Part shown: one piece after another, positions 38,627 to 47,886 of the stretch
Layout: each line of letters starts with the position of its first letter
How positions within the stretch are numbered: position 1 is the stretch's first letter
Virus record (IMG/VR): IMGVR_UViG_3300030343_000012
Direction: 5' to 3' (one strand)
Source: a virus
Length of the DNA stretch: 64,000 nucleotides
Program-made: the position numbers and the translations under genes
The notes under the pieces: generated by a model
The model's input: the letters and a program-made list of their open reading frames with translations, nothing else
Told to the model about the DNA's origin: nothing
Database searches by the model: none

Positions 38627-39807
38627 AATTCTTTAATATCAGAATCTTCAGACTTTCCTAGATATATATCATTTATAATACAATTACTTGTACGTAATTG
38701 TTCTATAAAACGTATTATACCGATAATTCTTGGAGATTTATCTTGATAATCACATATAGTAGGAATGTACTTAGTCTTAAGGCAATCCCAATGAGTTATG
38801 ACAATGTTAAACTTACAATGATATGTCTCACTATAATTATCTAAACAATGTCTTTCTACAGCTCTTTTAAACAAAGGATAGTCAAAAGGACCTGTTTTAA
38901 ACTCTCCTTGTGGTCCATCGTTAGTATTTGATGGTTCTTCTAGAGTAAAATACATTCCTAAGTCCATAGAATAAGGATTGTATCCATTTCCATGTCTAGT
39001 TAAATATGGACGCATAACTAAGTATACTTCTGCATTTTCTAGACACTTCTCTGGGATTCCATTTAATCCTACTTTACTAGGAGTACAGTGAGGCATAAAT
39101 CCTCTTTCCATATCTAGAAGAAGACCTTGTGAACCCTCCCAAATAACAGTATCAACCTCATCAGGATAATAAGTTCCGATTATAAAAGTCTCAGGATGTT
39201 CTTTAATAAAGGTACAAGCCTCTTTAAAAAGATCATCTAGTTTAGTGTCCCGTTCTAGATTATGATAATCCCTTACAGTCTGTAAAGCTACATCTGCATA
39301 TTCATCTGTATAAGGACACATACGAGCACTATAAGTTACATTATCTTTGTTTCTTTTAAAACAAGCATGTATACCTTTACCACAAGTTCCATTATACTTC
39401 ACTCGTCCATCCATAGAGTCAGCTAATACATCATAAGGTGTAATAACTCTACAGTTAGGATTTATATATAACTTAGGAACTTCAATACCCTCACTAACTA
39501 AGACTTTATATTCATTATAAATACATATTGGGTCAATGAATACTTCCTTATATAAGCAAGTTGGTACTCCTAGCAAAACACCGCTTCCCCAAGAAGAACA
39601 TACGTGTGATTTACCTTTATAAACCACACGATGACCGGCTTGTGGACCTCCACTAAATCTGATGACAACAGGTTTGTAACTATTCATACATAGCCATTGT
39701 ACTACATTACCCTTACCCTCATCACCAAATAGAGATCCAAGTACTATTTGATTACGAATTTGTTTGCTGTCCATAACTGTTAGAAACAATACGAGCAATA
39801 GATTCAC
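38623..39807 (-). CDS. adenylosuccinate synthetase homologue (PurA/PurZ-like); start probably MDSKQIRN at ~39774
   Basis: N-terminal NQIVLGSLFGDEGKGNVV matches the PurA P-loop NVVVLGTQWGDEGKGK. WEGSQGLLLDMERGFMP matches PurA EGAQGTLLDIDHGTYP. Length ~380 aa. Confidence 0.7.
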   Translation of the reverse strand: MNLLLVLFLTVMDSKQIRNQIVLGSLFGDEGKGNVVQWLCMNSYKPVVIRFSGGPQAGHRVVYKGKSHVCSSWGSGVLLGVPTCLYKEVFIDPICIYNEYKVLVSEGIEVPKLYINPNCRVITPYDVLADSMDGRVKYNGTCGKGIHACFKRNKDNVTYSARMCPYTDEYADVALQTVRDYHNLERDTKLDDLFKEACTFIKEHPETFIIGTYYPDEVDTVIWEGSQGLLLDMERGFMPHCTPSKVGLNGIPEKCLENAEVYLVMRPYLTRHGNGYNPYSMDLGMYFTLEEPSNTNDGPQGEFKTGPFDYPLFKRAVERHCLDNYSETYHCKFNIVITHWDCLKTKYIPTICDYQDKSPRIIGIIRFIEQLRTSNCIINDIYLGKSEDSDIKEL

Positions 39808-40564
39808 CTACATGCTCTTTATCTGAAATAATAAGATTGTCTCCTACATAAGGCTTCCAACTATCTGAAACCCTTTCTACACTATAATAACCATCATGTT
39901 CTACATGAATGTGATAAATATCCCACTTCTCAGCGCACTCTCTGTAAATGAAAGAGGTAGCTAAATCTTCACTACACTCATCACCTATATAATGAGTTAC
40001 TGCTTCTTTAGGAAGAGTTTTATGAATTGGCTCATCACTAATTGTGATTAAACAGCCTTTAATACCTCTTTTCTCCAGAGCATCGGTCTTAATATGATTA
40101 GCAGCGAAGTACCAACACATATGAGGATCTTCTCCTCCATTGCCACCTCCTTTACCTTCAAGGTCAACTTTACGGAGCCATTTCTCCATAAGTTCATCAC
40201 TTGATTCAAACTGTCCTACTTGTAAAGGAGCCTCTTCATAACAGCCCTCTACATCGCCAAATGCCATAAAACAGATTTGAGGATTATCAATACCTGCCTT
40301 CATAATACTAGCTACACAATCTGGTAAAGTATTATCAATAAGATATTTAGGCACTTTACCCATAGAACCAGTCTCATCCAAAGCAATAATGATAGGGAAT
40401 GATTCTGGGTGTTCTTCAGAATCACAAGACTCTCTGAAATTAATGTTAAGAGGATTCATTTCAGGGTCTAACTTTTTCTTGCTGAATGTCTTTTCAATAG
40501 ACTGAGATCTGTAACTATGACTTCTAGCTACAGCATCATTATACGAATAACTACCACATCCCAT
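39752..40564 (-). CDS. von Willebrand factor A (vWA) domain protein, TerY-like
   Basis: MIDAS-like IIIALDETGSMG (DxTGS) about 60 aa from the N-terminus; ~270 aa with a Rossmann-like hydrophobic periodicity. Confidence 0.55.
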   Translation of the reverse strand: MGCGSYSYNDAVARSHSYRSQSIEKTFSKKKLDPEMNPLNINFRESCDSEEHPESFPIIIALDETGSMGKVPKYLIDNTLPDCVASIMKAGIDNPQICFMAFGDVEGCYEEAPLQVGQFESSDELMEKWLRKVDLEGKGGGNGGEDPHMCWYFAANHIKTDALEKRGIKGCLITISDEPIHKTLPKEAVTHYIGDECSEDLATSFIYRECAEKWDIYHIHVEHDGYYSVERVSDSWKPYVGDNLIISDKEHVGESIARIVSNSYGQQTNS

Positions 40565-41625
40565 TACGCTTCCTCCTTTGCTTGTGATTTAATATTACTA
40601 GCTAATGCACTAACTAAAGCATTTACATTATCTGTAAGTGCATCTACCTTAGCATTAATTTTATCTAATTCCGATGGTTCTGAAGTTTCAGTAGCAGGTT
40701 TGCTTGCTGCACCAAACATATTACCAAACATATTACCACCTCCCATAAGCTGACTCATCATCATCATAGTCATAAAATCAGAACTATTATTATCAGCGAG
40801 AGCCATAAGCATCATAGGATTGAATCCCTTACCTGCATTATTAAATAGTCCACCACCATTCATAGCAGACATCATAAGCAGATTCTTAACATCAAATTTA
40901 TTTCCACTCATATAAGCAAGAGCAAGTGGATTAAATCCATTAGAAGAATCAAAGTTAAATGGATTGACAATAACTCTAAATGTTGCAGAACCCATCAACT
41001 CATCTTCAATAGCAATCTTATTGTTAATATTGCCATTAAAGTTCATAATCTTGATAGAACCATCTTCTGCTTTAGTCTTAACTACACCATAAGACCTGCC
41101 TGATTTTACAATATCTCCGATTACAATTTGATCAGAGTTCTTGCTAATATTGTAAATACAAGGCATAGGGAAAGTCATCTTATACTTCTTGAGTTTACCT
41201 GCCGGAGAAACGCCTACGTATGCACCGTCACTATTCTTAAAACAAAGAACACCATCAGTGATACTGATTCTAGCACTCTCCTCAGCCTGTGGCATAAACT
41301 CATTATACATATCTTTAGTTAAATCTCCAAAGACATTATCAACATTCATTTTTCCAAATTGTTCCATACTTGAAATATTTTTACTTATAGTATTAATTTG
41401 TTTACCATTAATCTCAGAAATTGTTACCGTCTCATAACTTTCTTGTTCTCTAGAACTTGCATAAGTCCAGACAACTTGAAACTTACTGTCATAACCTACA
41501 AGTTGTACTAAATCACCTCTTTTAAGCCCAGGACACTCATTAGCTACTATATAAGGTACAGTAGTTTCTGAATTCATTCTAGTAGGACTTAATTTAGTAT
41601 TTGTAAATATACCTCTAATTACCAT
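40564..41625 (-). CDS. hypothetical protein with a Gly/Met/Asn-rich low-complexity C-terminal region
   Basis: The C-terminus carries repeated NGGGLFNNAGKGFNPMMLMALADNNSSDFMTMMMMSQLMGGGNMFGNMFG. Confidence 0.5.
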   Translation of the reverse strand: MVIRGIFTNTKLSPTRMNSETTVPYIVANECPGLKRGDLVQLVGYDSKFQVVWTYASSREQESYETVTISEINGKQINTISKNISSMEQFGKMNVDNVFGDLTKDMYNEFMPQAEESARISITDGVLCFKNSDGAYVGVSPAGKLKKYKMTFPMPCIYNISKNSDQIVIGDIVKSGRSYGVVKTKAEDGSIKIMNFNGNINNKIAIEDELMGSATFRVIVNPFNFDSSNGFNPLALAYMSGNKFDVKNLLMMSAMNGGGLFNNAGKGFNPMMLMALADNNSSDFMTMMMMSQLMGGGNMFGNMFGAASKPATETSEPSELDKINAKVDALTDNVNALVSALASNIKSQAKEEA

Positions 41626-41627
41626 AA

Positions 41628-41855
41628 TTATAAACTATTAAGTATGCTTTTATATCTATCTAAATATTTAGAACCTAATGCAGACATTATTTTATAAAAT
41701 CCTGACCTAAATCCATCATCAGAACTAACTAATTGTTTTATGCTCTTTATATAATAATCAGGTATATCAGATCTACATTCATGTTGCATTAAGTTCCTAG
41801 CTAGTGCCATTTTATTTAATATTTCACCAGCTGCCTTAGCTTTATCTTCAGTCAA
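41628..41855 (-). CDS. hypothetical protein
   Basis: ORF in the array. Confidence 0.45.
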   Translation of the reverse strand: MTEDKAKAAGEILNKMALARNLMQHECRSDIPDYYIKSIKQLVSSDDGFRSGFYKIMSALGSKYLDRYKSILNSL

Positions 41856-41918
41856 GTTTAAATATAACTAAATATACTAATAAAAAGACCAAAGCTACTC
41901 CTAGAATATCTATAAACA

Positions 41919-42068
41919 TTCAAATAGCTCTAATAGATTTAAATGGATAACGTTTCTGATCATAGCTACTAATGAAGTTTTCTTTTACTTTAGCTTCATT
42001 AATACCTGTAAGTCTAATGGTTTGTTCTTTGTTTTTTAAAGAATCAAAATAAGTTACTTCAAATTTCA
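41919..42068 (-). CDS. small hypothetical protein (~49 aa, MKFEVTYFDSLKNKEQ...)
   Basis: Fills a 210-bp gap; below the ORF-track cutoff. Confidence 0.3.
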
Positions 42069-42473
42069 TATAAAAGATTCTCTATTATTAAATTTATTTT
42101 GAGCATCAAGTACTCCTTCTTTATCTGTAATATCTACAATAAGTCCTATTTGTCGTAACCAAACATCAAATGGACCACTGTACCCTAGGTCACCAACCCA
42201 ACCTCCTTTACAAAATACTATTTTCTTCCAAACAAAAATAGCACATAATATCCCATCAACTTCACATAAATGTTTGCCTTCTGGAATATCTAGGAATGTT
42301 GGAGCTAAACCTACTCCCTCTCGATAATATTTAGATATTCGAGTATGAAATACATCATCCTGCATAACTACTGCATCTGTCTCATAATTAGTAGACAATT
42401 TACCATGCAAATAAAAATCAGGCTGATAAATCCAATTCTCGTTTCGACTACTTAATGGCTTAAATTTAATCAT
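42066..42473 (-). CDS. hypothetical protein
   Basis: ORF in the array. Confidence 0.5.
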   Translation of the reverse strand: MIKFKPLSSRNENWIYQPDFYLHGKLSTNYETDAVVMQDDVFHTRISKYYREGVGLAPTFLDIPEGKHLCEVDGILCAIFVWKKIVFCKGGWVGDLGYSGPFDVWLRQIGLIVDITDKEGVLDAQNKFNNRESFI

Positions 42474-42574
42474 TTATGTTTCTTTTTCCATCGAAACCAT
42501 AAACCTAATACAATACCAATTATAAACCAAACTAGTATTGTAATAATAAAGGTTCCAATATTAAGTACAATCAT
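42472..42574 (-). CDS. very small single-TM peptide (~34 aa, MIVLNIGTFIITILVWFIIGIVLGLWFRWKKKHK)
   Basis: Lies immediately downstream of, and co-oriented with, the P-type ATPase. It has a hydrophobic helix followed by a basic tail. Confidence 0.35.
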
Positions 42575-42625
42575 AATCTAATATTTATAGAGAGGGCTAG
42601 CTATTAACCAGTCCTCTCTCGTTAA

Positions 42626-45085
42626 TTACTTGAATAACTTTTTAGCCCAATACAGGAGTTCTCTACAAACTGGTACAATTGCAGTAAGACCTACAATCTC
42701 CAACCATGTTTCAATACTTAATGGCTCTGTTCTGAACACATCGCCACCAAATTGAACTATCAAAATTTGACCAATAAATATAACCAAACATATTCCAATA
42801 AATGCAGGATTACTTAACAAACCATTAAAGATACTTCTGTCTTGTCCAAATACTCTTGCATTAAACAAGTTCCAGAATTGTAACATAACAAAAATAGTGA
42901 AGAACTCTGTAAGGCTATATGTATTACTAATCAGCAAATATAATAATATGCCGAAATACAAAATACCTACACCAAAGATTTCATACCACATTCTCTTTGT
43001 GATAATAAATGCCTTAGGATCACGTGGCTGTTCAGACATTACTGCTTCATTAGCTGGTTCTGTAGCCAATGCTAAAGCAGCAAAAGTATCCATAATTAAG
43101 TTAACCCATAGCATTTGGATAACAGTGAATGGTAAGTCTACCCCAATAAATGGACCTACACAAGCAATACCAATAGCTACAACATTTACAGTAAGCTGGA
43201 AAAGAATAAAGTGCTGAATATTCTTATACAAGCTTCTTCCCCACTTAACTCCTAAGATAACAGAAGGGAATGAATTATCAAGAAGAATAACATCAGCTGC
43301 ATTCTTAGCAATATCAGTACCATTATTCATAGCTACACCTACTTCAGCTTGGTTAAGAGCAGCTGAATCATTAGTTCCATCACCAGTTACAGCTACTACT
43401 TCTCCCATTCTCTGGAATCTCTTAACAAGTGTCTGCTTGTCTTCAGGTTTAGTTCTGGCAAATACATCTACTTTACGTAAATTAGTATCTGTCTGAGCTT
43501 CGACTTCCTTACCAAGCATTGTGTTAGGAGTCTGAGAGATATTAGCTTGAGCAGCGATAGAAGCAGCTGTTTCAGGATTATCACCTGTCACAATCTTAAC
43601 TTTAATTCCTGCGTTTCTAGCAGCCTGAATTGCATCAGGTACATTACTTCTTACTGGGTCTTCGATAGCTACGTAGCCATCCCATATGAAGTCTGAGAGG
43701 GTATTTATATCAGAACCAATCTTGTGTGCAAAAGCAATACATCTTCTGCCTTTAGATTGTTGTTCTGCAAAATTAGGTATGTTCTCATTAGAGCAGAAAT
43801 TCATTACTATTTCTGGAGCTCCCTTAATATAAGTAACTGCTCCATCACTAGTAATCATATATTTATTCTTAGAATTAAATTCTACTCTACCTGTTATATG
43901 AGTTTTATTTCTTTTATCGGTGATGTCAACTGACTTTTGTACATATTGCAGACAAGCACCCTCTGTAGGATTTCCTACTACTTCTCCTGCAGGACTAAGA
44001 TTAGCAGTAGAATTAAGTACAATATTATTTATGACAGCATTTCTATCTGTAAAGTCCTGGAATACTACTTTCATTTTATTCTCTGTAAGAGTTCCTGTCT
44101 TATCAGTAAGAATAAGAGTTGTAGCACCGAGAGTTTCACAAGCATGCATCTTTCTAATAAGGTTATTAGCTTTAGCCATTCTCTTCATAGAATAAGCAAG
44201 AGCAAGAGTTACCGCCATAGGTAAACCTTCTGGTACTGCTACTACAATAAGAGCTACTGCAATCATTAAGAATTGTAAGCAATCATTTACAATATCAATA
44301 GTATCTTTGCCTACATATCCTTGCTCTATAAATATATAACGTATAGCAAGAGACACAATAAGGATACCTGCAGCTGTGAATGCTATCTTATTAATTAAGC
44401 TAGCTAATCCATTAAGCTGTTTATTAAGAGGTGTTTCTACATCAGTAATAGAAGATGCTTCTCTAGCAGTCTTACCTACTTCTGTTTCATCTCCTACTGC
44501 AAATACTTCACCTACACAAGTACCCTCAGCTACAATAGTGCTTTTATAAATTCTATTTGTAGGATAGGTAGCAGTCTCTGATTCAAAATTAGTTTTAGTT
44601 ACAGGATTTGTTTCTCCAGTTAAAGAAGCTTCACTTACCTTCAAATTGCTATATTCTCTAACAATAATATCGGCAGGAACTTCTTCACCAGCTTCAAGTA
44701 TTACAATATCCCCTACAACTAAGTCTTTACGAGCTACTTGAATTACTCCATTATCTCGTCTTACCTTAACTAGAGTATCATCACTACTAGTTAAAAGAAG
44801 GTCAAACTTTTTAGCTGCTGACCAGGTATTCCAAAAACCAATACCTACAGCTAAAGCAATGGCTACAATAATACCAATAGGCTCTGTAAATTCACCCTTT
44901 ACAAATCCTAAGGCAATAGATACTGCAGCTGCAATAAGTAATATTACAATAAGTGGGTCTTTAAATCCATCAAGTAACATTACATACCAAGCATCTCTCT
45001 TCGGAGGTGTCAATACATTAATGCCATGTCTAGCACGTGAATCTTCTACTTCTGTTAAGCTAAGACCGTAATTTATATCTGTCAT
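42626..45085 (-). CDS. P2-type cation-transporting P-type ATPase (Ca2+-ATPase-like)
   Basis: Phosphorylation site DKTGTLT, TM4 PEGLP (VPEGLPMAVTLALA), TGDN (VTGDNPETAA) and hinge GDGTNDSAAL. About 10 predicted TM segments, no CPC metal motif, 819 aa. Confidence 0.9.
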   Translation of the reverse strand: MTDINYGLSLTEVEDSRARHGINVLTPPKRDAWYVMLLDGFKDPLIVILLIAAAVSIALGFVKGEFTEPIGIIVAIALAVGIGFWNTWSAAKKFDLLLTSSDDTLVKVRRDNGVIQVARKDLVVGDIVILEAGEEVPADIIVREYSNLKVSEASLTGETNPVTKTNFESETATYPTNRIYKSTIVAEGTCVGEVFAVGDETEVGKTAREASSITDVETPLNKQLNGLASLINKIAFTAAGILIVSLAIRYIFIEQGYVGKDTIDIVNDCLQFLMIAVALIVVAVPEGLPMAVTLALAYSMKRMAKANNLIRKMHACETLGATTLILTDKTGTLTENKMKVVFQDFTDRNAVINNIVLNSTANLSPAGEVVGNPTEGACLQYVQKSVDITDKRNKTHITGRVEFNSKNKYMITSDGAVTYIKGAPEIVMNFCSNENIPNFAEQQSKGRRCIAFAHKIGSDINTLSDFIWDGYVAIEDPVRSNVPDAIQAARNAGIKVKIVTGDNPETAASIAAQANISQTPNTMLGKEVEAQTDTNLRKVDVFARTKPEDKQTLVKRFQRMGEVVAVTGDGTNDSAALNQAEVGVAMNNGTDIAKNAADVILLDNSFPSVILGVKWGRSLYKNIQHFILFQLTVNVVAIGIACVGPFIGVDLPFTVIQMLWVNLIMDTFAALALATEPANEAVMSEQPRDPKAFIITKRMWYEIFGVGILYFGILLYLLISNTYSLTEFFTIFVMLQFWNLFNARVFGQDRSIFNGLLSNPAFIGICLVIFIGQILIVQFGGDVFRTEPLSIETWLEIVGLTAIVPVCRELLYWAKKLFK

Positions 45086-45106
45086 TTTTTCTGTTATTAT
45101 AATTAA

Positions 45107-45733
45107 TTAAAGAAATGAAATTGTTGGACGCTTCATAGCATCAATTGAAGTCCAACCTCCGAACTCACCAACTGCCTTAAAGCGCCATTCACCATCCTTT
45201 TTATAGGCAACACCAAGGATAACTGCCTGCTTATCAGAAATCTTAGTACCTTCCTTACCGTCTTCAAGATTAAACTTAGCTAAGACATTTACAGGAGTAT
45301 TAGTGTTTCTCTGTACTCTATCACCTGTATAAATACGAAGACCCATATAAGGAATCTCACCAAATGTCTGGTGTGTAAAGTTATTGAGAGTAAATGCAAT
45401 ATACTCAACACGTGGGTCAAGCTCATTTAAGCGTACCTCAATAGTCTCATTATCAAGACCATCATTACCATTTGTATCACCCGAACGATCATCACCACTA
45501 TGACGAATACCTGGAGCACTTAAATTGTAATAAGCTACTTCGCCAATACAATTCTTATTAGCATCATACAGAAGAACAGTAGAATCCAAATCTACCTTCT
45601 CGATAGAACCGCCAATGCCAAATAAACCCTTACGTCTGATAGCTCCCCAGTTTGAACCAAAGAATAATTTACTCAAACCATTGTTAGACTCTTTAGACAG
45701 ATTGATTCTGCCACCTTTACTTAAATTAATCAT
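45107..45733 (-). CDS. TerD-domain protein (Ca2+-binding, tellurite-resistance TerD/TerE family)
   Basis: SGDDRSGDTNGNDGLDNETIEV matches the TerD Ca-binding signature GDNxTGEGDGDDE. N-terminal INLSKGGRINLSK is also typical. Confidence 0.75.
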   Translation of the reverse strand: MINLSKGGRINLSKESNNGLSKLFFGSNWGAIRRKGLFGIGGSIEKVDLDSTVLLYDANKNCIGEVAYYNLSAPGIRHSGDDRSGDTNGNDGLDNETIEVRLNELDPRVEYIAFTLNNFTHQTFGEIPYMGLRIYTGDRVQRNTNTPVNVLAKFNLEDGKEGTKISDKQAVILGVAYKKDGEWRFKAVGEFGGWTSIDAMKRPTISFL

Positions 45734-45844
45734 AAAGCTTTATTAAATAATTGTGAATTACTAATTAACTAAAAATGGGAGTACCTAATTAAAGATACTC
45801 CCTTATAGAATCAAGAATTAAAACCGAATTAATTTATCAATTAA

Positions 45845-46447
45845 TTAAATAGCTGGGGCATCTGGCAAGATGAGTCCATAGTTACGAAGAATATCACGAT
45901 AGATAACATTCTGATAACTACCCTTGTCTTCTCCAAGAGCCTTGAACTTCCAATCACCATTGTGGCGATAAAGTTGGCAGAATACAACACAGCGAGACAT
46001 ACTTGCATCCTCAGTAAGATCAAACTTAGCCAAAGGAGTAGTGTTACCTTTAGCATACAAGTTGCAATAAGCATTGTTAACCATACCAAAGTTCTGCTGA
46101 CGATTCTTAGCATCGTGAATATTAACTAAGATGATAATTTTCTGGACATCTGCAGGAACCTTAGTAGTGTCTACTACAATTGTCTCATCATCTCCAGCAC
46201 CAGCACCTGTACGGTTATCACCTGAATGCTTAATAGCATCTTTCCAATTTGGGTTATTGTAGAAAATGAAACCATTGTCAGGATCTACTGCTTTATCCTG
46301 AGCATTCAAAGGAATAGTAGCTACATCCAAGTCAAATTCTACACCTGCCTGGGATGCTACATCCCAACCCAAACCAATTGAAAACTCTGTTACACCATTT
46401 GCTTCTTTAGCGAGGTTGATGTTACCTCCTTTACTTAATTGAATCAT
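45845..46447 (-). CDS. TerD-domain protein (paralogue)
   Basis: IQLSKGGNINL and HSGDNRTGAGAGDDETIVVD match the TerD signature. Confidence 0.75.
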   Translation of the reverse strand: MIQLSKGGNINLAKEANGVTEFSIGLGWDVASQAGVEFDLDVATIPLNAQDKAVDPDNGFIFYNNPNWKDAIKHSGDNRTGAGAGDDETIVVDTTKVPADVQKIIILVNIHDAKNRQQNFGMVNNAYCNLYAKGNTTPLAKFDLTEDASMSRCVVFCQLYRHNGDWKFKALGEDKGSYQNVIYRDILRNYGLILPDAPAI

Positions 46448-46461
46448 AATTGTGAATTGAA

Positions 46462-46653
46462 TTAATATTTACCGCAAAATTTACGGCTAATTATAGTCAT
46501 AACTTTATCATAAGTTAACTTTTTAGCTTCCTTCTCAGAATAACCTTCTATAATATAAGAATCTACTATTTTCTCAATTGCAGCATTCATTTCAGAGAAT
46601 AAGTATTTTTGTTCTTTAGTTAACTTATCATCATATAAATAAGATTTATTCAT
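46462..46653 (-). CDS. hypothetical protein
   Basis: ORF in the array. Confidence 0.45.
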   Translation of the reverse strand: MNKSYLYDDKLTKEQKYLFSEMNAAIEKIVDSYIIEGYSEKEAKKLTYDKVMTIISRKFCGKY

Positions 46654-46912
46654 CTACTTGTAAATCAGCCTGAGTACTTTCTATATAATCTTTTACATCT
46701 AAGTCTGTAATAAGATTAACTAAGTCTCCAACAGTCTTTAGATTCTGAACTTTATCATCTGTGATAGGATAACCAAACTCCTGTTCACACTCAGTAATAA
46801 TCTCTACTAAATCAAGACTGTCTGCATACAAATCATCGAAAGTATCTTCACTCTTGGCATCTACACCTAGTTCTTCATTAATTATATTAATGACCCTTGT
46901 TTCTATACTCAT
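46646..46912 (-). CDS. acyl carrier protein
   Basis: DDLYADSLDLVEIITECEQEFG contains the phosphopantetheine-attachment DSL motif in a ~88-aa acidic four-helix-type sequence. Confidence 0.7.
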   Translation of the reverse strand: MSIETRVINIINEELGVDAKSEDTFDDLYADSLDLVEIITECEQEFGYPITDDKVQNLKTVGDLVNLITDLDVKDYIESTQADLQVDE

Positions 46913-47304
46913 GCTTCAGGTCTTACTGGATAAATAGCGTCCTCGAAACCATCAATATCATCAGCATCAAGACCACTAATAGGCTTATCACTGAATAGCT
47001 GATTATGAATTGCTACGTCAATACTAATGGAGCGAGCAAGAATAACTAATTCTTCAGCTGCAGCATTAACATCTGTAGTGAATTTAACTGGATCAATACT
47101 TCTAATCTTAGAAGCAATATCCATAGTAGTGTCATCTCCGAGATCTAACAGAGAATCAAACTTCATTCTCTTGTTACGGAAATTCACCACTTTGCTCTGA
47201 ATGTTCTGTTCAGAGACACTTGCCATGTTCTTTAAGGCACTACTAACTCTAGAATCTTTTAAATCCTTAGTTGAAGCACCTACTACTTCTTTAATACTTT
47301 TCAT
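46909..47304 (-). CDS. hypothetical protein
   Basis: ORF in the array. Confidence 0.5.
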   Translation of the reverse strand: MKSIKEVVGASTKDLKDSRVSSALKNMASVSEQNIQSKVVNFRNKRMKFDSLLDLGDDTTMDIASKIRSIDPVKFTTDVNAAAEELVILARSISIDVAIHNQLFSDKPISGLDADDIDGFEDAIYPVRPEA

Positions 47305-47310
47305 TCTTAA

Positions 47311-47886
47311 TTAAATTAATAAACGTTTATTTAAAATTACTGGTGTACCCTTTGATTCCTTAGTTGGACCTGGTGCAGGGAGTGCTTGAGACTCTTCACC
47401 CTTAGGCTTATAATGTTCTTGTATATATGTACTGAAGGGCTTTGAATCAAGTAACGTTGGAATATGCCAATCAAAAAGCTCATAATGGATAGCTACTTCA
47501 TTATCTACCTTATAAGTATCTGTACGAGCTAGAACCTTTTTAAGATCCATTTTATTTTCCTTAGGCTCATCAAATATGTAAGCTATTGAATTTTCATCTG
47601 GCACTAATCCTATGACAAATAGAAAATTATATCCTTTGTTACATAGAGATGGAACGCCAAATAAACCTACACAATAAGCATTTAGATATGACATGTTCTT
47701 TTCACACGCTTTATAAAAAGGCCCCTTGTTATAATCAGGTTTCTCCTTCATTATATATACTGTCTTACTATCTTCAGGACGTATTAAATAGTATTTAGCA
47801 TCAGGAATAGAGTCTTTGGAATTATTTCCAAAAAAACCCACTTCTGTCGAGGGAATACAACCCTTTACTACCTCATCTTCATTCAT
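47311..47886 (-). CDS. hypothetical protein
   Basis: ORF in the array. Confidence 0.5.
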   Translation of the reverse strand: MNEDEVVKGCIPSTEVGFFGNNSKDSIPDAKYYLIRPEDSKTVYIMKEKPDYNKGPFYKACEKNMSYLNAYCVGLFGVPSLCNKGYNFLFVIGLVPDENSIAYIFDEPKENKMDLKKVLARTDTYKVDNEVAIHYELFDWHIPTLLDSKPFSTYIQEHYKPKGEESQALPAPGPTKESKGTPVILNKRLLI

